Shown in pieces: positions 6,070-14,700 of a stretch of DNA of 24,001 bases. Source of the DNA: a virus (Duplodnaviria; Caudoviricetes); IMG/VR virus record IMGVR_UViG_3300020325_000077, positions 1-24,001 of that record. The stretch is one strand, 5' to 3'. Each line of letters opens with the position of its first letter. Position 1 is the stretch's first letter. Both the position numbers and the translations under genes were made by a program. The notes beneath the pieces are model-generated. The model was not told the DNA's origin. It saw nothing but the letters and a program-made list of their open reading frames with translations, and searched no databases.

Positions 6070-8121
6070 ATGGATAAAGAATATATTGTAACTCTCCACA
6101 GGAAAGAAGACCTGGAGCAGTTTTACAATGAGATGAAGTTGACTAACTTTCCTCTAGTAATGAAGCGTCCTCTTAGTAGGAACACGCATTACATGATGAC
6201 TGAGGAGCAAGCAGAAAGACTGCGCCAAGATCCTAGAGTTTGGGGTGTAGAAGCAGTAGATAGTTTTCATTTTAAAAAACAAATAGTAAACTACGAACCA
6301 TATACTATTTCTGGTAATTTCTATAAAGATCATGGTCAGGTATATACAACTCCCACTGCTGACCTAAGACAATGGGGTCATCTTCATTGTGCTGGAGATC
6401 AAGTTCAAAGAAGAAAAAATACTTGGGGAGATGGATCAAGTCCTGCTACTGAAGTTGTTACGGATACTGTAGAGATATTCAACAATGGTAAACATGTAGA
6501 TGTGGTTATTGTTGATGATCCTATATCATATGATAGCGAAGAGTGGTATAGTCCTACTACTGGTCAGACCAGATTTGTACAGTATCAGTGGTTCAATGAA
6601 CTGAACAGTGCTGTTTCCTCCATCGATGATGATGGTTGGTCTCAACCATCAGGAACAATCACTTATGGTGACAATGCTAGCACGCCTCAATATCATGGAA
6701 ACCATGTTTGTGGAACAGTTGCTGGACAGTTCTATGGATGGGCACGCGAAGCAAATATCTATAACATAGCAGTAACTGAAAATTGGCCAAGTGGGCAATC
6801 TGTTGGTTCATTATTAATTTTTGATTACCTTAGAGCATTTCACAGAAACAAACCAATCAATCCAGAAACTGGATTTAGAAATCCTACTATCACAAATCAT
6901 AGTTATGGTGGCATTAGATATATGCCATTCAAAGGAGTGGATACGAATGAACAACCAATCTATAGATTAGATTTTGAGGATGTGAACTTTGTTACTTATA
7001 GATCAGTTACATATAATTCTAGTAACCCTGGACCTAGTGGGTGGACCGCAGCGGGATTGCAGACTGATTTTGGTATAAGGTTTGGTAGAGATACTTATCC
7101 TTCTTGGAGTTCTGCTGTTGCAGCAGATGTTCAGGATGCAGTCAATGATGGCGTAGTTATCATTGGTGCTGCTGGAAATGATAATTTGAAGATTTCTGCA
7201 GTAGGTGATGAAGATTGGGATAATCTTTTAGATGTGACTAACGGACAATTCTTTTATAATAGAGGTGCTTGGCCGAACTCTCCTGACAGTGGCGCTATTA
7301 ATGTGGGCGCACTAATGGATTATCAGTTCTTTGTGAGATCTAGTTACACACAATTTGGTGCTGGTATTGATGTCTTTGCTCCTGGAGATAAAATCCTATC
7401 GGCATTTGGAAACAGTGGATATAGTGATACGAAATATACCCAAGGTTCTGCTAACTATTATTATCCAATCAGTGGAACTAGTATGGCATCACCACAGGTA
7501 GCAGGTATTGCTGCTTGTTTGGCGACAGGAAAGGAGAGGTTTTCTAATTATGATATGCTTGGATATTTGAATACCCATAGCATTTATGGGGACATGACGT
7601 TCGATGTTTTTGGTGGAGCTTTAGACGATGAAACTTGTCGAGCAGGAAGTCCTAACAAATATCTTCATCTTGTAAATCCAAGACCTGTAGTTGGTCATCT
7701 TACAGAGACCAAAGGTAATAGAACTACTGGGGTGACATATCCCAGACCATCTATTTACAAAGGACAACCTCCAAAAGCATTGCCTAAGACTTTCCCAATC
7801 AATGTTACAAACAGCGGAGCAAATCATTACGTATTTAATGGTGATGATAGAAACACTACACATGTAGATGCATTTGATCCTATCATTTATATCAATTCTG
7901 GCGACACCTTACAGTTTAGTGTCAATGCTTCTGGACATCCATTCTGGATCAAGACAAGCAACACTGCTGGAACAGGTAATGGTGTAACTACTGGTACGAT
8001 TACAAATAATGGTACTGCAGTTGGAACAGTTACTTGGGATACTACGGGTGTTGTTCCTGGTACGTACTATTACATTTGTCAGTTCCACTCTGGAATGGCG
8101 GGACAGATCTCTATTTCGTGA
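6070..8121 (+). CDS. Subtilisin-like S8 serine protease with I9-like propeptide and C-terminal cupredoxin-like domain
   Basis: Triad Asp (VVIVDD, 6514), His (HGNHVCGTVAG, 6694), Ser (SGTSMASPQVAG, 7480); oxyanion GAAGND; IDVFAPG; N-terminal KEYIVTL...AERLRQDPRVWGVE; C-terminal GHPFWI...PGTYYYICQFHSGMAGQISI. Confidence 0.92.
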   Translation: MDKEYIVTLHRKEDLEQFYNEMKLTNFPLVMKRPLSRNTHYMMTEEQAERLRQDPRVWGVEAVDSFHFKKQIVNYEPYTISGNFYKDHGQVYTTPTADLRQWGHLHCAGDQVQRRKNTWGDGSSPATEVVTDTVEIFNNGKHVDVVIVDDPISYDSEEWYSPTTGQTRFVQYQWFNELNSAVSSIDDDGWSQPSGTITYGDNASTPQYHGNHVCGTVAGQFYGWAREANIYNIAVTENWPSGQSVGSLLIFDYLRAFHRNKPINPETGFRNPTITNHSYGGIRYMPFKGVDTNEQPIYRLDFEDVNFVTYRSVTYNSSNPGPSGWTAAGLQTDFGIRFGRDTYPSWSSAVAADVQDAVNDGVVIIGAAGNDNLKISAVGDEDWDNLLDVTNGQFFYNRGAWPNSPDSGAINVGALMDYQFFVRSSYTQFGAGIDVFAPGDKILSAFGNSGYSDTKYTQGSANYYYPISGTSMASPQVAGIAACLATGKERFSNYDMLGYLNTHSIYGDMTFDVFGGALDDETCRAGSPNKYLHLVNPRPVVGHLTETKGNRTTGVTYPRPSIYKGQPPKALPKTFPINVTNSGANHYVFNGDDRNTTHVDAFDPIIYINSGDTLQFSVNASGHPFWIKTSNTAGTGNGVTTGTITNNGTAVGTVTWDTTGVVPGTYYYICQFHSGMAGQISIS

Positions 8122-8123
8122 GG

Positions 8124-8131
8124 CATAAATA
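8124..8131 (+). promoter_or_regulatory. T4-type late promoter
   Basis: CATAAATA, intergenic, upstream of ATG 8166. Confidence 0.72.
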
Positions 8132-8165
8132 AACACGAGCACTAGTACCCATTTGGTTTAGTTAG

Positions 8166-11100
8166 ATGGCAGATCGTTTTCCACTAATTGTTAATGAGAC
8201 TTCAAAGAAAATTGAAGAACTTGTATCTGGTGACAATTTGAACTTGACTGGCAACGGTATCGTTGTTGGTGGAGATTCTGGAGCAGGAAAATATCTATCA
8301 AGTGATGGATCAACAGTATTTTGGGATACTCCTGGTGATGTTTTTCTGAGTGCTACCCAAACTTTATCTAATAAAACTCTTACTCTGTGTACGATTTCGG
8401 GATCACAGAATACGATTACAAACATTCCAAATAGTGGACTGGTAAACTCTTCTATTACAATTAATAGTGTTAGTGTTTCTCTAGGTGGATCTGTCACAAC
8501 GCCAAATGATAATACTACTTATGGTCTCTCAGCAGTAGATTCTGCGGGTGGTTCAACAGAAAAAATTGTTAGACTGACTGGATCTGATGCTGCTGAATCT
8601 GATGTTATATTCCGTGTATCTGCTCCCTCTTCCATTCCATCTGGATCTAATGCACTGAACCTTGCCATATCTAGAGATGGTGATGCATTAGTCTTGACTG
8701 GTACGGTTGTTGATAACAACACTATTACTACATTGCAGTCTGCTTCTGGTGGTTCTCCTGTCAGTGGAGCTGTTACTATTGCGGCAGGAAACTTTACAAC
8801 TGTTTCTCAAACTGGTAACACTATTACTGTTACGGGTCAGAATGATGATACTATTACTAGAGTAAGAGCAACATCTAGTGGTACATATGCACCTGGAGAT
8901 TTTACATTCCTTGCTGGTGGTGCATCTAGTGTTGTACAAGGAGTAGATGGCAATAACGATCCTACTATCACGTATAGTTCTACTGATACCGTAACAAGAT
9001 TGAGAGGTGGTACAACAGGAACATTTACACCCGCATCAACTTCTGGCGCTGATATTACTATTGCTGGTGGCAGTGGTGGCAATGTAACTGTAGGGCAATC
9101 TGGTAATACAATTACTATTGATTCTCAGAACGATGACACTATTACCAGACTTGCAACTGGTGTAAACTCTTTGACTGCTGGTGACTTCAAATTTACACAG
9201 TCTGGTGCAACGACAATTACTCAGACTACAGATGGTAATGGTCTGACAACGATTAATATTAGTTCTGAGAATGATGACACAGGTGCATCCTTCAGTGCTT
9301 CTGGTGGTATTATCAAGAGCGGAACTGATTTCCAACTCAAGAACAGTGCCAACTTTACTGGCAATACTCTAATCAAATGGGACTCTGGTAATAGTCAGTT
9401 AGCAAATAGTTTGATTCAAGATAATGGATCTGCTGTTACTATTGGTGGTGACCTGATTGTTCAGGGAACTCAAACTATTCTTGAAACATCTACTTTGATT
9501 GTAGAAGATAATATTATCGAACTAAGAAAGGGAGATGATCTTGTAGCTAATGATGGTGGCATCCAGGTCAATCTAACTACAGATACAAATGGAAATGTAA
9601 CTTCGTATAGAGCACTACAGTGGTATAATGCGGGTGGATATTGGAGATCTTATGATGGTTCTGTCGAAGATAGATTTGTAACAGAAAATGAAACACAGAT
9701 TCTTACAAATAAAACTCTAACTGCACCAACACTCACAGCACCAAGTATTGGTGCTGCAACAGCAACATCAATCAATGGTCTTGAGATTACTACTACTGCT
9801 TCTGCAACTCTAACTATTGATTCTTCCAAAACATTTGCTGTTGAAGATGATCTAATTTTCAAATCCAATAGTCCTAATAATAGTATTACTGCAAACTTTA
9901 GATTGGGTGGAAATGTAGCGTATACTTCTGATACTCTTGCTACGTTTGCATCTACAACTTCTACTCAGTTGCGTGGTTTGATCAGTGATACTACTGGTTT
10001 AGACAGACTTGTATTCCAAACCAATCCAAATATTCTTACTGGTATTACAACTACCTCGACTGGATTTACTTTACTCAACTCAGGTGCTCAGGCTATCACT
10101 GCATTTGGAGCAGCAGCATCAATTGATATGGGTGCTGCTGGTGGTACATTTACCATCAATCAGAACCTAGTTGTCAATGAAGATTTGACAGTTGGTGCTA
10201 CAATTAATGATACCATTACTCTGAATGGTATTCTCAATGTAGAAAATGCTGACATTCAAATTCGTGGTACTGATGGTGATCCAATGCGAGTTGGACGTGG
10301 TACTGGTGAAGTCAACACTAATACTGCTCTGGGTGTACGTGCAATCAATTCTGTATCTTCTGGATCACAGAACACGGCAGTGGGTTATGAAACTTTATTC
10401 ACAACTAATACTGGTGCTGCTAACACTGCCATCGGTAACAGAGCACTGAGAGCAAATGGTGTTGGATCTAATAACATTGCTCTCGGTCGTGATGCTCTAC
10501 TAGTTAATCTCTCTGGAGACAAGAACATTGCTATTGGTAACAATGCACTAGAGAGCATGAGCACAGGTAGTGCCAATGTTTGTATCGGTCACTATGCTGG
10601 ATATGGTATTACTGGTACTGGTAATGTTCTGATTGGTCCTGCAGATGATGAAAACTCTACCAATGCTACTTACGTTCCACCTAATATTGGTGGCGACAGG
10701 CAGTTAGTTATTGGTTCTGGTACTGAAGCATGGATTAGAGGAGACAGTCTATTCAGTGTTACTATTCCAAGAAACTTTACTGTAGATGGTAACGCTACAA
10801 TTGGCGGATCGTTGACAGTTCAGGGTACTCTTACTAGTATCAACTCTAACGTCGTCGAAGTTGACGACAAAGAAATCGAACTCGCATCTGTTGTTGCTAC
10901 AACCTTTACCGCAACTACTGTAAATGGTAGTAATATTATTACTGGTATTACTCCTACTTCTGGATTGATTCCTGGAATGGAGGTCAATGCTACTACTGGA
11001 GGTATTAGCGTTCCTACAGGAACAACAATCTTGGCAATTACAAATAACCAAGCAACTCTTTCTAACTCTGTGAGTGGAGACGGTGAATGTGTATTCACTT

Positions 11101-11747
11101 CTCCTGGTGCCACAGATTTGACAGCAGACCAAGGTGGCATTCGTGTCAAGGGTAGCACTGATAAGAGAATTTACTATGATCATTCAAGAACTGATAAGTA
11201 TTGGGTGATGACCGAGAGTTTGGAACTTGCTTTTGGCAAGAAACTAGTCATCGGTAACCAGTTAGCACTTGATCTCACCACTCTAGGTTCAACTGTTGTC
11301 AATTCTTCCCTAACATCTGTTGGTACACTTACTAGTCTGTCTGTTGATGGTTCAGTTACAATTGGTGGTGTTATTACTGAGAAGGTATTCAATAGTTACA
11401 ATACTACTTTGACTCCATCATCAAATATATTGACAATTAACCTTGCGGGTGCCAATACTATTTGTGGATCTCCAACAACAGATGCTATCAATGAGTGGGC
11501 GTTTACTGGTGTTGGATTAGTCAATGGACAATCTAAGACTGTTACCTTGGTATTGTCTGCTAATACTGCTGCTACATATGGTGATGCTTGTAGTGTTGAT
11601 GGCAATCCAGTTTCTAATGGTGTTCAATGGTCAGGAGGTTCTCCACCAATTTCTACATCAAACACAGACATTCTTACCTTCGTTATTATCCGAGACAACT
11701 CTGGTGTTACCAAAGTATTCGGACAAGGCAACACAGACTTTAGCTGA
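8166..11747 (+). CDS. Long tail-fibre/baseplate-associated structural protein with YadA-head-like repeats (1193 aa)
   Basis: T/G/S-rich; QTLSNKTL and QILTNKTL motifs; (N)DDTITR repeats; about six 17-residue NTA(L/V/I)G repeats at ~10315-10640; C-terminal VQWSGGSPP...TDILTFVII domain. Confidence 0.8.
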   Translation: MADRFPLIVNETSKKIEELVSGDNLNLTGNGIVVGGDSGAGKYLSSDGSTVFWDTPGDVFLSATQTLSNKTLTLCTISGSQNTITNIPNSGLVNSSITINSVSVSLGGSVTTPNDNTTYGLSAVDSAGGSTEKIVRLTGSDAAESDVIFRVSAPSSIPSGSNALNLAISRDGDALVLTGTVVDNNTITTLQSASGGSPVSGAVTIAAGNFTTVSQTGNTITVTGQNDDTITRVRATSSGTYAPGDFTFLAGGASSVVQGVDGNNDPTITYSSTDTVTRLRGGTTGTFTPASTSGADITIAGGSGGNVTVGQSGNTITIDSQNDDTITRLATGVNSLTAGDFKFTQSGATTITQTTDGNGLTTINISSENDDTGASFSASGGIIKSGTDFQLKNSANFTGNTLIKWDSGNSQLANSLIQDNGSAVTIGGDLIVQGTQTILETSTLIVEDNIIELRKGDDLVANDGGIQVNLTTDTNGNVTSYRALQWYNAGGYWRSYDGSVEDRFVTENETQILTNKTLTAPTLTAPSIGAATATSINGLEITTTASATLTIDSSKTFAVEDDLIFKSNSPNNSITANFRLGGNVAYTSDTLATFASTTSTQLRGLISDTTGLDRLVFQTNPNILTGITTTSTGFTLLNSGAQAITAFGAAASIDMGAAGGTFTINQNLVVNEDLTVGATINDTITLNGILNVENADIQIRGTDGDPMRVGRGTGEVNTNTALGVRAINSVSSGSQNTAVGYETLFTTNTGAANTAIGNRALRANGVGSNNIALGRDALLVNLSGDKNIAIGNNALESMSTGSANVCIGHYAGYGITGTGNVLIGPADDENSTNATYVPPNIGGDRQLVIGSGTEAWIRGDSLFSVTIPRNFTVDGNATIGGSLTVQGTLTSINSNVVEVDDKEIELASVVATTFTATTVNGSNIITGITPTSGLIPGMEVNATTGGISVPTGTTILAITNNQATLSNSVSGDGECVFTSPGATDLTADQGGIRVKGSTDKRIYYDHSRTDKYWVMTESLELAFGKKLVIGNQLALDLTTLGSTVVNSSLTSVGTLTSLSVDGSVTIGGVITEKVFNSYNTTLTPSSNILTINLAGANTICGSPTTDAINEWAFTGVGLVNGQSKTVTLVLSANTAATYGDACSVDGNPVSNGVQWSGGSPPISTSNTDILTFVIIRDNSGVTKVFGQGNTDFS

Positions 11748-11759
11748 GGTTAGATAGAA

Positions 11760-14700
11760 ATGCCAGTAGGATATAGTAGCCCCGCCAGAAACCTATTTCT
11801 TCTAGGTTCTTCAGGTGAACAAGTTGTATCAAATTTCTTTGCAAAGATCGATAAGTCATCAGGTACAGATGGAGTATATCTTCCTGATGACATCAGGTAC
11901 ACTGGTGTTGCTGATCAGAAGTATATTTTATCTGGATCAGCATCGGATAGTAATTCAAAAGGATTTGGGTGGATTGAGAAAAGAGATTACGACGGAACAT
12001 CGGCACCTTTAGATTGGGATGTTCGTATAGAATCCACAACCACAGCACAAAACACAACACTGAAAGCTCTTGAATTGGATAACGCTGGCAATCTTATTGT
12101 TGTTGGTAAGACTGGAACTGTTCCTTGGATTGCTAAGTATTCTGATACTGGCGTAATTGATTGGCAGTCAACAACTAACTCTGCTGATGTAGAATATAAT
12201 AGTATTACCTCTGATAGTAATTTAAATTACTATGCTTGCGGTAACACACCAACATCAGGATCTGCACAAGCATTTGTAGAAAAGTTTGATATCAATGGAA
12301 ACCCTGGATGGGGCAAGTCAGCATTTATGCTTGGTAGAGATGTTGAACTTGAAAAAATTGCTGCTAACAATAGAGGTCAAGTAGTAGCTGTTGGTAATTT
12401 GGAAGATGATAATGCTTACAAGGGATATATTGTCAAGATTGACACTACCACTGGAGATGTTCTGTGGGATAGAACACTAGAATCATCTGAACTACTTAGT
12501 GTTTCAATATACAAACCAGTTTTTTGTCATGGTGTTTTTATTGATGACAAAGATCAAATTTATGTTGTTGGTAGAGTATTTAATACTAACAATACCAGAG
12601 GATTTATCATCAAGTATACTCCTGAAGGAAATATTATTTGGCAAAAAGAAACACCAGACAATGAACACTTTGAATACTATGATGTAAAATCTAATAGTGA
12701 TGTAGAACAAACAATTGTATTTGGTAGATATCTTAGTGGTGGTAAACAGTATGGTATTTTAACAAAGTATGCTAAGAACGGGGATGTAATTTTTAGAAGA
12801 GTTATTTCTAGTTCTAATGATTCTGGTGCTAATTTTGGTAGAACTGGAGTAGGTGGAGCTGTAAATTTAGATGCTGATCCTTCTTTCTATTATCTTTTGT
12901 TTATAGATGATGCAATCGATGGATTTAGTGGAACGCCCGAAACATATACTTTTGGTAAGGTCAGTTCTTCTGGTAATGGTTTTGGTGATTTTCAATATTA
13001 TGATGGGATTGGAACACTTGACTATGAAATTGTAAACGTTGATGATAGGATTGGTAGACTATCTGATGGTTCTGTAAGGCAAGACACTAGTGATCTAATC
13101 ACTTATCCTTTCACTGCTAACAAAATTGTCTTTGATGATCTCGCTACTCAGGTATCAAATAAGAAGCGTCAGATGGATACTGCTGATAGCTTTGAGTACA
13201 GTGGTAGTCCTGCTATTAGAATTGCTGACTTCCAAGAACTGAATATTGGATCAGAATCTGAAAGTTCTTCAACTACAACAACCACTTCTGGTGTTCCTAC
13301 CAATCAACAAGAATATACAAGTGCAGGAACTTTTAGTTGGACTGCTCCAACTGGAGTAACATCTGTATCTGTCGTCTGTGTTGGTGGCGGAGGCGGTGCA
13401 GTATCAGGAGATCTCCAAGGATCATCTCCCGCACCTGGCGGTGCTGGCGGTGGCGGTGGTGGATTGGGTTGGAAAAATAATATTTCGGTAACACCAGGAC
13501 AATCTTATACTGTTGTTGTTGGTGCTGGAGGAACAGGAATCGAATCTAATACTCCTGTTAATGCTGGTGATGGTGGTGATAGTTACTTTATCAGCACTAA
13601 TACTGTAAAAGGTGGTGGTGGACAAGGTGGGCAACATTATACTGCTGGAACTGGTGGATCCTATACTGGCGACGGTGGTGGTAATGGTGGTAATGCTGCA
13701 GATAGACAAAATGGCGGCGGCGGTGGCGGCGGCGGAGGTGCTGGTGGTTATTCTGGTAATGGTGGAAATGCAGGAACTCAATCAAGTTATAGTGGAACGC
13801 AATTTATAGCGGGTGGTTCTGGAAGTGGTGGTGCAGGTGGTGGTGCATCCAGTGGTTGGGGAGATTATTCACCAAATGGTGGAGGAACTGAGATATATGG
13901 TCAAGGCGCTAATGGTAATGGTGGTAATGGTGGATCTAGTGGTACTGGTGGATGTCAAGGATCAAATGTAAATGGTACACAAACAGTTACCACTGAATAT
14001 GGCGGTGGCGCAGGTGGAGGTGTGTGGGGTGGAATTTATAATGGTGGTTCTGGCGCTGTAAGACTTATTTGGGGTAATGGTAGATCATTCCCATCTACAT
14101 TGACAGCAGATCAAACTCCTGCTGCTGGTGGAGATGTTACTACTACAACTACAGTAGTTACAGCTTTAGATCAATCTGGCAAAGGAAACAATTGCATAGT
14201 AAGTGGTGCCACTCTCAACGTCGCTGGTTACTGGGAGTTTGATGAAACGGATAACGAAATTATTACAGGACCAAAATGTAATACACTCTTTGAAGATGGT
14301 GGCAGTGGAACCATTGAAATGTGGGTAAGAACGAATAATGTAGAAACACGTCAAACTTTGTGTAGTGGATACCTGACATCTGGTTCAACACAACCAGACA
14401 GATGGGACTTTGAAATTAGTAATTTTAGAATACAAGGCGGTAGTCATGACAATAATTTCTTTACTGGAACTACAACTCTATCTGCTGATACTTGGTATCA
14501 TATTGTATTCACATTAGATAAATCAAGTGGTGCTGGAACTCTCAAAGCATATCTAAATGCTGTCGAAGATCAAACCCAAACCTTTAGTTTAGATAGAGAC
14601 TGGGCTACTGATGTAGAATTTGGTATTGGTAATAGATTCTTGCAACAAGCTGACTTCCCACTTGATGCTGATGTTGCCGAGGTTCGTACTTATCCAAGAG

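Noticed and set aside
13380-14060. GGT/GGC runs as DNA microsatellites or G-quadruplexes
   Set aside because: Explained by polyglycine coding with varied third positions.
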